Origin: Phyllobates terribilis
Lineage: Eukaryota
Length of the DNA: 64,000 nucleotides
Assembly: GCF_046119375.1 (NCBI RefSeq)
Contig: NW_027362762.1
Coordinates: 67,146,001-67,210,000 of the forward strand
Direction: 5' to 3'
The stretch's first letter is position 1. Each line of letters opens with the position of its first letter. This document shows positions 47,712-61,000 of this stretch, piece after piece. The translations under genes were made by a program, and so were the position numbers. The notes beneath the pieces are model-generated. The model was not told where the DNA came from and made no database searches. It worked only from the letters and a program-made list of their open reading frames with translations.

Positions 47712-48192
47712 CTAGTTTAAAGCTCTTCTGATGAGTGTAGCAAGACGACTTCCAAATACATGTTTTCCAGTCTTCGTAAGGTGCACCCCATCTCTAGCAA
47801 GTAGTCCATCGTAAAGGTAATTCATTCCGTGATCCAGAAATCCAAATCCTTGTTGACGGCACCATCGACGTAGCCAGTTGTTCACCTGTAGAATCTTATT
47901 CCACCTCATTGTTCCATGGCCATCCACTGGGAGGATGGATGAGAAGACCACCTGCGCTCCCAATTCTTTCACTTTCTTGCCTAAGTCTTCAAAGTCACTG
48001 CAGATGGTTTCCAGGTCCTTTCTTGCGGTGTCATTTGTCCCCACATGTATTAGCAGGAATGGGTAGTGATCTGTAGGTCTGAAGAGTCTTGATATCCTGT
48101 CAGACACATCTTTAATTTTTGCTCCTGGAAGACAGCACATTTCTCTTGAGGTTATGTCTGGTCTGCAGATAGCGGCCTCTGTTCCTGTCATT
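47712..48192 (-). pseudogene. CR1 ORF1 C-terminal part (SGNH esterase-like)
   Basis: GTEAAICRPD...CLPGAKIKDV...HVGTND...DGVHL; the upstream GDS motif is lost at the truncation. Confidence 0.88.
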
Positions 48193-48515
48193 CTGTCTGG
48201 TCTGTCTGGTCTGTCATTCTCAAAACTCAATTTAAACTATTTAAATAGCCATAGAAGGACTTAATCCCATATAAAGAACATCCGACCTGTAGTGTAGATT
48301 TCACTTCTTCTTTTATTTCATATGCAAATGAGGCGTCCTCAGTGTACTGTTGGTGTGGCCAAGGGCTCACACTCCGTTCTGCCCTCTCAATCAGTATGTC
48401 TCATACCTCCTCTTAGCTTGATTGACAGCATGCGTCTGCACAAAGCGAGCGCTACCGGAGTTGAATCCTTTCCCCTCCATGTCTGCATTGACACTGCAAG
48501 AGCCCAGCTTGTGCG

Positions 48516-48640
48516 CACACCATGTCAGTGCGGGTGTGCATTCACCATGTCAGTGCTGGTGTGCGCTCACCATGTCAGTGCGGGTATGCGCTCACCATGT
48601 CAGTGCGGGTATGCGCTCACCATGTCAGTGCGGGTGTGCT
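48516..48640. repeat. 25-bp tandem repeat CTCACCATGTCAGTGCGGGTATGCG, 5 copies
   Basis: Read directly. Confidence 0.9.
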
Positions 48641-49480
48641 TTCATCCTCCTCTCCCATCTGCAGTTCCCATTCACTGTACTCAAGAATCACATAGTAGTG
48701 GGTGGTTGATGAAGAGAGAAGAGAGGGATGAGTGTGCACTTGCACTGACCATGTGCACTTGCACTGACCATGTGCACAGCGCCAGAGATTAAATTCAGAC
48801 AGCGCTTGCGCTGGGCAAATGAGCTTTGTCAATCGAGCTAAGAAGAGGTGCCCAGCATGGTGATTGACTGGGTGGAATAGTGCACGAGCCATTTACCATG
48901 CCAAGGGTGCACCGAGGAGCCCTCATTTACATAAAAAAAAAACTGACAGCCTGACCCCCGACCTGCATGAGGGTGCAAACTGGCATAATAAAATCCCCTG
49001 ATCCTCCCTCAGCAGAGCAGCCATAAAGTTCAGGATGTGGCCCTGGACTTGTGAGGGGTTATCAGGGCACAGCCCCCTCCTCTCCATACAAACTGTGTAA
49101 ATCTCCTGCCTCTCTCACATCACCAAGCCCAGACATACCAGGATCCAGAGATGTCTGACCTCCTTCACACTGCTCACAGGAAGGTGAGAGTGAAGTGAGC
49201 AGTGTCTGCTCTGTGCTGCAGCCGCCCGACCGGCACATGTATGCATTAAGAAGAATCATTGCAGGCTGCAGCCTCTAAATCAGCAGATGGCTGTGCGGCC
49301 CTGAAAAACTGCTTTGGGACCAGCCTGGGGGCATGTGCCCCCCTGCTTCAATGGCCAGTCTGCCCCAGACTGTGGGGCTCAGAAGGGAGGGGGGGTGGAT
49401 TTGGATTTGGGAGCACAGAATTTGCTGAATTTCTTTTGGGGGGCATGAGCCATTTAGCTTTTCCAGATCCTTTGTGCTAC

Positions 49481-50790
49481 TGTGGCGCCCCTGCGGGTCC
49501 AGTTGCCACAGAGGTACTGCATCTCACCCAGAGGTGTGGTACCCCACTCTCAGGTAAGGAGAGAGTACTACTCGGGACCCACACACCCATATCCAATGCA
49601 CTCCACTTCAGCAGGGAAGGGTGAGATTGCTCCTAAGGGAGAGCACAGTCCTTGGTCCCTAGCTGGAGGGTGGAACTAGGTAGAGGAGGTGGGTGGAGGA
49701 AGAAGTTCAGTGGAGCACAGACAGAAAGGGTATAAAAGGAAGAGAGAAACATCTAGAAAGGTCCAGAGTCCAGTTCTGCTCAGTGGAACAGTTAAGCCAG
49801 TCTCCTGCTCCAGTGCTTGGAGCAGGAGTGCAGAGTGAGTTGGGAGCTAGGAGCTCTGCTCAGGAGAGCAAGGAAGGAGAGAGAGAGGAGAGGGGCCCAG
49901 TCTGAGAGGCACAGGAGAAAGAAAGAGAAGAAAGAAGACGGGAGCAGTGAGGAGGGCTCCAGAGAAACAGAAGGGATCCCAGGGGCACGGCGAGTGCAGA
50001 GGCCACCCGTGCGCCCCAATTCACGCTGACGTGGAGGGATCAGGCCGCAGAAGGCGACCGGCCCCAAAACTAGTGGAGAACAACCAGGCTCAGCAAGATA
50101 ACCAGAGGCTGCTGCATTTTCAAGGTGTTGCAGCCAAAACCCACAATTACATCGCTGAAAAGGTGGCCACATAGGGTCCAGGGGACTGCACGTCACCCGA
50201 CAAGGCCCGAGGCCACTGGCTTGGGACACTAATTGTGAGGCGCAGGGCAGGAAGGTGAGAGCCAGCGCAGTGAGACGACCGGGAGAGGTACACAGAATGG
50301 GGTCCCCTCCAAGTGCTTAGAGATACCTGAGAGTTTGCAGGATCACTACCCCGGAGGACACAGATCAACGTGGGCAGTTATAACCTGGCCATTGTAACCT
50401 GGAGCAGCTCAACAACTGTGAGTAAAAGCCTAAAGACTGCATCCCTCTGTGTCCTTGACTAATTGCTGCGTCACCTGCCCTGCACTACTCTGCACCAACA
50501 ACATCTACCTCATAAAATCATCATATACTGCCCTGGAGCTTAGCTCTGCCCGTGGAGAGCTGAACCAACTCTGCTGCATCACCATCAGCTCCAGTGGATC
50601 TGCACCGGAGTGGCGGCCCCATATAGCCGCATACCACAGGTGGCGTCACGAACTTTATCTCCAAAAACTTTATTCCCCTTTTACTTTTCCTTTAATTAAC
50701 CGCCTTGGGCCATGGACTGGGTCACTGCCACCGTGACATCCCCAGCACCGACCGGCCCGGCTACCGAGTACCCCAGTAACGTGGAAGCCC
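49481..50790 (+). mobile_element. Gypsy-type LTR (solo, 3' end not resolved)
   Basis: TGTGGCGCCCC start, GGGTATAAAAGG TATA-like box, 3' blocks CCACAGGTGGCGTCACGAAC and CCGAGTACCCC shared with family-B LTRs; no TSD found. Confidence 0.72.
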
Positions 50791-51084
50791 TGTATTTTCC
50801 GTTAGCAGATGACAGACATGTGTGGGGACTTGCTTCTATTGTGGATTGAGTCGATGCTTTTATTGTGATCCAAAATGTTATGTTAAATGTTTCCATTCAT
50901 CCTGTGCTCTGCGCTGAGCATTGATATCGGGGTTTCCATTTAAATTTCTGAGTGGCGTGATTCAGATGAAACCCCCGAGGGATCCATTCACTATAATGAG
51001 GCAGCAGAGTTACTCTGAACTCTGTCTGGCCTCTGTTCAGGGTTGTCCTTTTTTTCAGAGGTGCACAAAACTGTCGCCAACTAT

Positions 51085-51400
51085 CCTCTGATAATATCCC
51101 TGACCCTGGCCTGCCCAGCAATAATGTCCCCTATCCTGGGCCCCTTCCAGTAATAATGTTCACCATCATGAGCCCCTTTCTGATATAATGTCGTCCATCC
51201 TGGATCCCTTCCAGTAAGAATGTCCCCCATCCTTGTATAATGTCTCCCATTCAGGGCCCCTTCCTGGTATAATATCCCCATATCCTGGGCCCCTTCCAGT
51301 AATAATATCTCCCATCCTGGCACCTTCCTGGTATAATTTCTGCCATCTTGGGCTACTTCCAGTAATATTGTCCTCCATTATACCGCTCTTCTAGAACACA
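51085..51400. repeat. Degenerate ~30-bp minisatellite (ATAATGTCCCCATCCTGGGCCCCTTCC-like)
   Basis: Read directly; probably MITE-internal. Confidence 0.8.
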
Positions 51401-51840
51401 TTTTTTTTAAAAATTCAAACTATTCTTCTTACCTTACGCAGCTCTCGTGATTTGCGAGTCCTCTTTCGTTGCCGGCAAATGACTTTTGCGTACGTGCTGT
51501 AAGGGTGTTACAGAGCCCATATCACACTTGCACAGGTGACGTATGATGTCACTTCTATGTGCGGGGTGTGTCTGGCACACTGACATCAGTTGCCAGCCTC
51601 TGATTGCCCGAAGACGTTTATTGCGGTACAGGGAGCTGGCGAGTCTCTGCGCCACAATACATTTTAGCTTGGACACACATCCAGCTGAAATAGTCACTGG
51701 TGTCAACGAGCCCCCCTCCCACATGGGTCCGGTTGTTCATTTTCTGTCAGTCACACTGCTGTAGGCGTGCTCCCACCACAAAGTAGTATTGATTGACAGC
51801 AGATGTGGACTTATTTAATGACTCAAGAAGGGACAATTAC

Positions 51841-51909
51841 CTATGTAGCAGGTTCAGCAACATATGAGCCCTGTATGGCACAGAAACCCAAGAGGATAAT
51901 GAAGCCCAT
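51841..51909 (-). other. Candidate signal-peptide exon MGFIILLGFCAIQGSYVAEPAT*
   Basis: Hydrophobic core after ATG 51909, strong donor AG|GTAATT at 51840, lies in apparently non-repetitive DNA, but the last codon is TAG. Confidence 0.3.
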
Positions 51910-54095
51910 TAGCACTACAGGGTGCTCAGTTGTTGTGATTGTTCCACTTTCTCCTAATGTAGATTCTCCTTCTGAAACTTTGGGAGAAGGACTCCCCTGT
52001 GTGTCTCTCTCTGGTCCGTTGATGCTTTAATATATAGTTAATCATTTTTTTTAGTTGTCTCTTTCCTGTCACTCAAACTCACAGCTTTAACTGCAATCCA
52101 CAGGCTGCACTTTTAAGAATAGGTGATTTTTTTCTGACTAAAGAGTTAAGTGGTATTCTGCTTTCTTACTATGACATCTGTATCGGTGCCTGCCCTTCCC
52201 GTCTCTGCTTCTGTCACCAGGTGGTGCTGCACTTTTATTGCAGGCAGCAACTCTTGTTCTGTGTCCTCTGGGACTTGTAGTTCCATTCATGCTGGGAGAT
52301 CTAGAGTTAACTTTTGTTAGTGTTTGCTTCCTCCTGTTTGGCCTGGGTAGGGCTGAAAACTATTTAAGCTCCTGAAATCCTGCTGTCTATGACCAGTTAT
52401 AATTTGACTAGCTCCTGTGAACATTGTGGTATCCTGCTTTGCATCCTAGTTCACATACATGATGATGACCTTGACTCGTTTTTTGACTCCTCTCCGGTGA
52501 GACCTGGCTACTTTGAAGAGCAGTAACGTTACTGACGTCCCCACCCATCAGAGTCGCCGGGTCTCACTGAGCCAGGAGTGGCTGCTGCTCAAAGCCTATG
52601 GAGCCTCAGAACGAGGCTCCATAGGCTTTGAATGACAGAATCGGGGAACGACGGGGAAGTGCTGGACTACTTTGGACCTGCATGGGACCTTTTTTTTATA
52701 ATAAATTGATGAACGAGGGACAGTGTTTTGTTTTTATTTCTCTCTTTTTATGCTTTTCAGGTTTCCATTTGTGAACTACTATTTGTCGGATACCCTTGAC
52801 TTTATCAGATTCCCTGGACTACATCGGACCTGCATTTTTTCTTTCTTTTTTAAATAAATTGATGAAACACGGAAAGAGTCAGGGAGTGTTTTTTTTAAAT
52901 AAAGCATTTGTGTTTGTGTTTTTTCTTTTTAGTACTAAGCTAGTAATCGAGGTCAGAGGAATATCCAGGGGGGGCAGCTGGGGCATGTGCCCTGGGCACA
53001 GCCGGCAGAGGGGCGCAAATGTGGCACCCTGCTGTGCTCAGGTACCACAGGACCCAGGGTGCATGGTCGGACTTCTCCACAAGAGGCCCTCATTACATAC
53101 AAACACCTCCACCCTTCTACCTCATACCACCAGAGGGAGCCCGTTAGGGATATATATATGGTGGGTGGAGCAAGGCAGCTCAGTGCAGTGTTTAGTCTGA
53201 GAGCGTGCTGATGCTGAGAGCAGCGAAGAGGCAGCGCGCTGGCTGCTGTGCTTAGGTGAGCCAAGGCCTACAGCACGAGTTAAGTTCTGAGGGCCCCGAG
53301 TGTGGCTGAAGACAAGAGGAGAGAGGATAGAGGAGTTGAGGGGGCAGAGGAGCATCATAGGCTCGCCCCGTGTATACAAACCGGACACCGGGCCCGCGCC
53401 TACAGGGTCCTTTATACCCAGTAGGGATCTCCGGCATTCCAAGAGAACTACAAGTCCCTGGCTGACCTGAAGCTAGACCCACACAGGATCAGGAACCACA
53501 AAGGCCCCGACGACCTGGGATAGTGGTTGCCAGCAGAAGGTCCTACTACCGAGCGACAGGTGAAGGAACAGCACGACACATAAGCTAGGCTCAGTTGCAG
53601 GCTGGCCAGGAGCATACAGAGAGGCAGACACGGACCACAAGGCGTTATACCCGCTCACTGGGGAGAAGTCCTGAAGTGCACCCATCCTACTGAGTACCCA
53701 GGACCGTACCTGACATCCGCACCAGTAAAGGTATGGAAGCGAATCCCCTGTCTCTGTCAGTTACTCCTTCTGCGCCATCCGCCTGCACTACAAGTCCCAG
53801 CATCACCACCATCAAACTCCACACTGCCCCGGGGGCCTGCTCCACCTGTGGGAGCAGAAACACCTCAGCTGCCATCCCATCACCCCCCAGAGGTCTGCAG
53901 CAGCGCTGGTAAACCTTACCAGGTTCCACAGGTGGAGTGACGAACTATTTATTTATTTTTCTATCCAAGTTATAATCCCCTTTTTGGTTGACCGCCCTGG
54001 GACACGGACCGGGCCAGCCACTGTGACCTATCCCCCACCAGCATCCATAGGCCTGGCTGCCGAGTACCCCATTGCCCTGGGGGTGCGTCAACTTC

Positions 54096-54113
54096 TGGCG
54101 TCACGAACAGGAT
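54096..54113 (+). promoter_or_regulatory. Primer-binding site complementary to a vertebrate tRNA-Ser(CGA) 3' end
   Basis: TGGCGTCACGAACAGGAT; complement of ...ATCCTGTTCGTGACG-CCA (tRNA sequence recalled, not searched). Confidence 0.8.
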
Positions 54114-54586
54114 TTCGTGGCCGTTGCAACGAGCAGGATCCCGTGACCGTTGCCACCGGATACTGTGCGCCTTAAAAGACTAACACTTACTGTAGTGAAG
54201 ATTTCCCGCCATTATCCGCCATTTTCCTGTCGCCGCGCGGGAAGAAGAGGGGCTAAACTGCGGAAATCGGAGAGGCGTAACCACTGGAAGCGCGCGAAGC
54301 CCAGGCCCCGCCTCGCGCCTTTACGCTGAACCAGGAAGCGTCAGGTCCTAGAAGGAGACCGTTGTCAAGAGCACGCTCTGACGTCAGCCGCGAGGGAGAC
54401 GCAAGTTCCTGGAAGGAGATCGTCGTCTGCGGAGCTGCGGCCTACCAAATCTAAGTAAAGGAGGTTCACTAGGGGGGGCGCAACCATGGCCGACGACCAG
54501 CAAGCCGCCAGAGCACCAGTTAATGCTCCTGATGCCAACTTGCGCCCGACTCTGCACAGGCTGGAGCGGCCGCCCCACCCGGGGTC

Positions 54587-55567
54587 ATGACTCCGTTGAT
54601 ACCCATGGCCCTGCCGTATATCCCTGTAGTGAAATGGCTTCCCCAGTATGATGGCAAACCAGACACCCTGTCTTGGTTCAAGAGAAAAATATGCGGTGTA
54701 CTGGACATGTATTCTATGACTGGAAAACAAAGAGCTGCTGTTATGCTGGGACAATTGACTGGTGCCGCAGAGCAGGAAGTTGAAACCTGGCCAGCCGCAG
54801 ACCAGGAATCAATATCCATTATCTTTAAGAGACTGCAAACTGTGTTTGAAAACCACACTGAGACAGAAACCCAGAAACCTGAGGACAGTATCCGGGACTA
54901 CACCTGGCGCTTACAGGAAGCCCTGCGGGCCCTGAAACAGGTTAGTCCAGCCAGCATACAAGATGAGAATAAAATGCTGACAGAACAGTTCATTTGGGGG
55001 TTGAGGTCCCAGGAGGTGAGCAGAACTGTACGGTGGTGGGCTTTAAATCATCCAGACGCCACCTTTGACACCCTGAAGGACATGGCTATTAAGGACCTTC
55101 AGCCCCTGGAAACATCAGGGACTGCTATCCAGCGTTACCAGGGTGGGGCCACCCCAGTGCCCGCAGCACCCACTGCTCCTTCATTGACGGCTGAAACAAA
55201 GATGCAAACAGTTCCCCCTAGCGAGCTGGACAACCTGAGCTCTGAAGTGCGCCAGCTAAGTAAAACCCTGGCCACTGTCCTGAGCACCCTGCAGCTACAG
55301 ACGGAGCCCGAGCCGGAAGGAAGGATCCTACTCGCCGACAGTCCTGAGGATGTCACCTGGATGAGGAGAAGAAGGAGGACGACACCACCCCGTAGGAGGA
55401 CAACGCCACCCCAGAGGAGGACAACGCCACCCAGTGGGAGGACCAACGACCAACGTCGCAATCCAGGAGACTTCATCTGCTACAGTTGCCACAAGGCAGG
55501 CCACACAGCGTGGAACTGTTCTTTAAACGGGCAAACCCTGGGGCCGATGGCCGACACCCAGGAGTAA
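54587..55567 (+). CDS. gag: Gypsy B gag, 326 aa open
   Basis: WLPQYDG, QLTGAAEQEV, RRRTTPP-type repeat x3, zinc knuckle CYSCHKAGHTAWNC. Confidence 0.88.
   Translation: MTPLIPMALPYIPVVKWLPQYDGKPDTLSWFKRKICGVLDMYSMTGKQRAAVMLGQLTGAAEQEVETWPAADQESISIIFKRLQTVFENHTETETQKPEDSIRDYTWRLQEALRALKQVSPASIQDENKMLTEQFIWGLRSQEVSRTVRWWALNHPDATFDTLKDMAIKDLQPLETSGTAIQRYQGGATPVPAAPTAPSLTAETKMQTVPPSELDNLSSEVRQLSKTLATVLSTLQLQTEPEPEGRILLADSPEDVTWMRRRRRTTPPRRRTTPPQRRTTPPSGRTNDQRRNPGDFICYSCHKAGHTAWNCSLNGQTLGPMADTQE
55522..55562 (+). promoter_or_regulatory. Putative -1 frameshift signal
   Basis: T TTA AAC in the gag frame, 8-nt spacer, CCTGGG(G) 55537-55543 / CCCAGG 55557-55562. Confidence 0.75.
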
Positions 55568-56239
55568 ATCAACCAGGCCCATCAAGCTGGTACCATCGGT
55601 TTGTAGGAGGAAGGCCTTTCCTGTCCATCGTGCTGGACGGGATAGCAACACCTGCATTACTGGACACCGGCTCACATGTAACCATCATACCTGATGTCCT
55701 CTACAAAAGATACTGCTCTATAGATGAACTCCAGCCGCCAGCCCCGAACCTCTCTGTGTATGCCTCTAACGGCCTTCCTCTTAACCTAGTAGGGGTTAAG
55801 GACGTTACCGTGAAGGTGGGGAGAGTGGAACTAAAGGACCAAGGACTAATTGTCATAGAATCTAACCCTGGTGACACAGACTTGTATATGATACTTGGTA
55901 CAAATATTGTTGGTAACTGTTTGGGAGAAGTGTTGTTTTCGCTCCAACAGATTGCTGACACTGCCAAACCAGGGCAGAGGAAGGTGCTCCAGAGAGAGAT
56001 TCGAGCCCTCCTGTACAAGCAACAGGTAAAGCTAACAGGTGGTGAGATTAGTAATGTACAGGTGACAGACCCGATACCCATTGTGATTCCCCCATTGAGT
56101 GAAATGCTGATTTGGTGTAGGGCAGCAATAGGTCTCAAGGGACAGAACTACCAGGTGTTAGTGGAGCACATTAGCTCGGAGCACAGACCTACACTCTTAA
56201 CTGCTAGAGGGGTAGTTGATGTACGCAATGGGAGGGTAC
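55522..56239 (+). pseudogene. pol: Gypsy B pol N-terminus (protease), truncated
   Basis: GGRPFLSIVLDGIATPALLDTGSHVT...ARGVVDVRNGRV, homologous to Gypsy A 21.8-22.4 kb. Confidence 0.9.
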
Positions 56240-56929
56240 TAGTGTTGAGCGAGCATGCTCGACACTGCTTGGTACTCGCCCGAGCATCACGCTACTCGGG
56301 ATGTTCGGCGAGCACCGAGCATTTCCGGGTTACTCGGGCGGGAGCTCGGGTCTCCACCCTGCATGTTTGGCGCTCTTTACAGAGCCAATGAAAATGCAGG
56401 GATTGCCAGCCAGTCACTGTAATGCTGCAGCCATGTTGTTTGTGGGCATTACAGTGTTTGGCTGGCCGCACAGCATCACCTCGAGTATTTAAAACCAGGC
56501 GCCGCCATCTTGGACACAATCTCTCCGGATTAGACAGTGTAGGGACAGCGCTGCTGAGCTAGGGAGAGATTTATCCTGCGAAATAGTTAGTGTTGGGTCT
56601 GTAAAGGCTGCCAGATCAAACAAACAGTCCTTCTCAGGACTAATATCCATCCCAGATATCAGGCAGACAGGCAGGCTGTATTGGAGACGCAGTGGGGTTA
56701 TACCAGCAAACGCTGCATTACAGTCCTGTGTGCTCCTGTTTCTGAAATTGCTGGACTTAGCTCCAGGTCTCAGGGGCCAGGAAAAATCCTTTTTTTTTTA
56801 TCTAAATCCTCTTTTTTTTTTCCTCCTTCACACTGTACAAATACCCGTCTTATTAACCTATTGGTGTCCCCTCCCCGAAAAAAAAGTGTGTCTCCTGATT
56901 TTTCAGACACAAATATATCTGTTGAAAAG

Positions 56930-58000
56930 AGTCTGGTATAGGCCACAGAAATAGAAGTGTGGTTTTGCAGTTCCACGGGTGAAATCTCTGTATTATCCAG
57001 TTTTGTGCCTTTTGTATCTAAAAAAACAGTTTGAGTGTGTCGCTCACTGTTCAGCCGCAAATATATATATATTTAAAAAAGTCTGGTAAACACCGGTAAA
57101 TTATAACTGTGGTTTTGCTGTTCCACGGTAAAAAATCTCTATTATCCTGCTTTTGTCATTTTTTGCCGTAAAAATAAATAATAGTGTCTCCTGATTGTTC
57201 AGACACAAATATATCTGTTAAAAATAGTCTGGTATGCACCAGTAAATTATAACTGTGGTTTTGCTGTTCCACGGTAAAAAATCTCTATTATCCTGCTTTT
57301 GGCATTTTTTGCCGTAAAAAATAAATAATAGTGTCTCCTGATTGTTCAGACACAAATATATCTGTTGAAAATAGTCTGGTGTAGGCCCGAGAAATACAAG
57401 TGTGGTTTTGCAGTTCCACCGGTCAAATCTCTGTATTATTCTGCTTTTCGCAATTTTTGACCGTAAAAAATAAATAATAGTGTCTCCTGATTGTTTAGAC
57501 ACAAATATATCTGTTGAAAATAGTCTGGTATACAGCAGTAAATTATAACTGTGGTTTTGCTGTTCCACGGTAAAAAATCTCTATTATCCTGCTTTTGGCA
57601 TTTTTTGCCGTAAAAAATAAATAATAGTGTCTCCTGATTGTTCAGACACAAATATATCTGTTGAAAATAGTCTGGTGTAGGCCCGAGAAATACAAGTGTG
57701 GTTTTGCAGTCCCACGGTTCAAACCTCTGTATTATCCACTTTTGGGCCATTTGTATCTAAAAAAAACAGTTTAAGTGTGTCGCTCACTGTTCAGCCGCAA
57801 ATATATATATATTTAAATAAAGTCTGGTATACATACACCAGTAAATTATAACTGTGGTTTTGCTGTTCCACGGTAAGAAATCTCTATTATTCAGCTTTTG
57901 GTATTTTTTCCGTAAAGAAAAACAGTAATATTTTCTCCCTGATTGTTCAGATTGTTTAAAAGAGTCGGGTGTAGGCCAGAGAAATAGAACTGTGGCTTTC
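56930..58000. repeat. ~148-bp tandem array with two unit types, 5' of hAT C transposase
   Basis: AGTCTGGT at 56930, 57080, 57226, 57373, 57522, 57669, 57821. Confidence 0.92.
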
Positions 58001-58080
58001 CTCTTCCACGGTTCTAATCTACTTTCTATTACCCTTTTTCCATTGATAGTGCGAGTGTAAGCTATTTTACTTCCTTTACA

Positions 58081-61000
58081 ATGGGCAATGCGCGTGGCAA
58101 GGGACGTGGAAGTGGACGTTCTGGTGATGGTGCTTGTAGAGGATGGGGCCGTGGCCAAGATGAAAATGTGCCACAACCAACAGCCACATCTTCTCGCTCC
58201 CACTTCTTGACCGAATTACTAGGGAAGCACAGAACAACACCAGTATTGCGAACTGATCAGTGTGAACAGGTTATTAATTGGATAGCAGATAATACTTCCA
58301 GTTACATGGGAACCACCACCTCCGGCCTGTCTTCCACACGGTCAACTCTTAGTAGCCGTGAGTCTCGACCACATACTCCTCCTCACCCTGATGCTTCTTC
58401 CTCCCACCATGCCGAGTGTCATCAGACAGCAACTGATCCCACACTTGGACACTCTGAAGAGCTGTTCACTGGTCCATTTCCAGATTTGTGCCCCTCGCCT
58501 GCTCCGCTTGAAGTGGTGGAAGAGGAGATCCCATGCAGCAATGCACAAATATTTGAACAGCCACGGCCACAGGAAGTCGATGCTGGCAATTTGTCACAAG
58601 AGGTGGATGATGACGAGACACAATTGCCAGCAAGTGAGGAGGAGGATCGTGGTGCGCAAGTGGAAGAGGAGGAGGTGGTGGATGATCTAGTAACTGACCC
58701 AACGTGGCAGGAGGACATGCAGAGTGAGGCCAGCAGCACACAGGGGGAGGGAGGCAGAGTACCCCAACAGGAAGGAAGAAGCAGTGTGGTGGCCGCAGAC
58801 AGAAGGCGGGCTACCGTTCCCCGTAACACCAACACGAGGGACGTTGCCAGTACAATCGGTAGGTCTTCCAGAGTCTGGAATTTTTTTTAAAGACACTGCT
58901 GATAACCCCAAAAAGGCCATTTGTACCACCTGCCATGCCAGCATCAGCAGGGTGACAAAACTACCAGCCTGACCACCACCAGCATGATCAGGCACATGGC
59001 AGCAAAGCACCGGACTTTGTGGGGCGAACCCCAGGGTCCACGACCAGTGTCAGCGGGTGTCACCACTGCTTCTTCCGCTGTTGTGCGTGCAATAAAACCC
59101 CCTGTTGTGTGTGCAAGGCAATCCCCTGTCCATACTGCATGCAAAGGTGCCCCCTCCTCTCAGTCTTCACTTGTTATGGCAGTTTCTCAAGAAACAGCAT
59201 CAAAGTCCACGTCCCACCGCAGCGTTCAATTGTCCATATCCCAGACCTTTGAACGAAAGCGGAAATTGGCAGCTAACGCCCCACAGGCCACAGTCCTAAA
59301 TTCGCACATTTCACGACTGCTTGCATTGGAAATGCTGCCTTTTAGGCTGGTGGAGACGGAATCCTTCCGCAACCTTATGGTGGTGGCCATCCCTCAGTAC
59401 TCGGTCCCCAGCCGACACTATTTTGCCCGGTGTGCCATCCCCGCACTACACAAGCACATGTCCCAAAGCATCTGCCATGCCCTCAACAACGCAGTTACTG
59501 GGAGAGTCCACCTGACAATGGACACGTGGACAAGTGCTTGTGGCCAGGGACGGTACATCTCCCTAACGGCACACTGGGTAAACATAGTGGAAGCCGGGAC
59601 CCAGTCGGACCTTGGGACGGAACACATCCTCCCCACACCGAGGATTGCGGGCCCTATGTCAGTCAGAGTTGCCCCCACAGTGTACAGCTCCTGCGCATCC
59701 TCCTCCTCCTCATGTTCAGCCTCCATCTCAGATATCAACACATCAGTTACAAGCTGGAAGCACTGCAGTACTGCCTCCGCCAAGCGGCAACAGGCTGTGA
59801 TGAAACGCATAAGCTTAGGTGATAAACCTCACACTGCTTGTGAGTTGTGGACTGCTGTGAAAGAGCAGGCAGATCTGTGGCTGAGACCACTGAACCTACT
59901 TCCAGGCATGGTCGTGTGTGACAATGGCCATAACCTGGTGGCGGCTCTGAGGTGAGGCGAGATCACACGCGTACCATGCCTGGCTCATGTGCTTAACCTC
60001 GTGGTTCAGCGGTTTCTTAAATCGTACCCCGAGTTGCCAGATCTGCTCGTCAATGTACGCCGCCTGTCAGCTTATTTTCGCAAGTTGGCTACAGCTTCCG
60101 CCGCCCTTGCTGTGTTGCAGCAGCGTTTGCTGCTTCCGTCACACCGACTGGTGTGTGATGTCCCCATACGTTGGAACTCTACCCTCCACATGTTGCAAAG
60201 GATTTGTGAGCAGAAGAGAGCAGTTGTGGAGTACCAGCTGCAACAAGGCCATCGATATTATGGTTAGACTCCACACATAAGACCTCAGGAGTGAACCTGG
60301 ATGTCTGACATCTGTACCATCTTGACAAACTTTGAGGAGTCCACCCAGATGGTGAGTGGTGATGATGCCATCATTAGCGTCAGCATTCCACTTGTCTGTC
60401 TTTTGCAACGCTCTCTGCAGAGAATTAAAGAGGAGGCATTGCAGCCAGAGTATGATGAGATAGATCAAGAAGCCGTAGCGGTCGATTACACACAGCCCAG
60501 CCTCATCTCATCCCAACGTGCACTGGGGGACAATGAGGGAGAGGAGGAGGAGGAGGAGGAAGAAGAACAGGAGCTTGTGTCATGCGCTGTAGACGGTAGT
60601 ACCTGTACAACTGTCATACCATCGATTCAGCATGGGTGGCCTGAGGACAGGGGGGAGGAGGAGGAGGAGAGCATGGTCAGTCGTCATCTTGGTGAGAACA
60701 CGGAAGTCTTGCCCGTTACCAGTCTGGCATGCATGGCTGACTTTATGTTACGCTGCCTTAACCGTGACCCTCGCGTTGTCAAAATGTTGGGTGACAGTCA
60801 TGACTGGTTGGTGACAATTTTAGACCCCCTCTACAAGGAGAACTTTCACTCTCTTATTCCTGAGGTGGAGAGGTCTACAAAAATGGGGCAGTACCAGAAG
60901 GCCCTTGCTGCAGAAGTGTTAAAAAAGTTCCCATCTGAACACGCTAGCGGCAGAGGTCACAGTTCGTTGACCAACCAAGGCGTACAAGCGAGAGAGAGGC

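Larger units (their letters stand above)
44722..48192 (-). mobile_element. CR1 LINE, 5'-truncated within ORF1
   Basis: 3' end CCCTTCCAACTCTACC-(ATTCTATG)2; ORF2 and partial ORF1 as listed. Confidence 0.95.
53020..56239 (+). mobile_element. Gypsy LTR retrotransposon B: 5' LTR (53020-~54092), PBS, gag, start of pol
   Basis: TGTGGCACCC start; PBS; gag ORF; protease LLDTGSH; cut at 56240 by hAT C. Confidence 0.9.

Noticed and set aside
48322-48792. Cys-rich 156-aa ORF
   Set aside because: Cys/His periodicity comes from the 25-bp tandem repeat.
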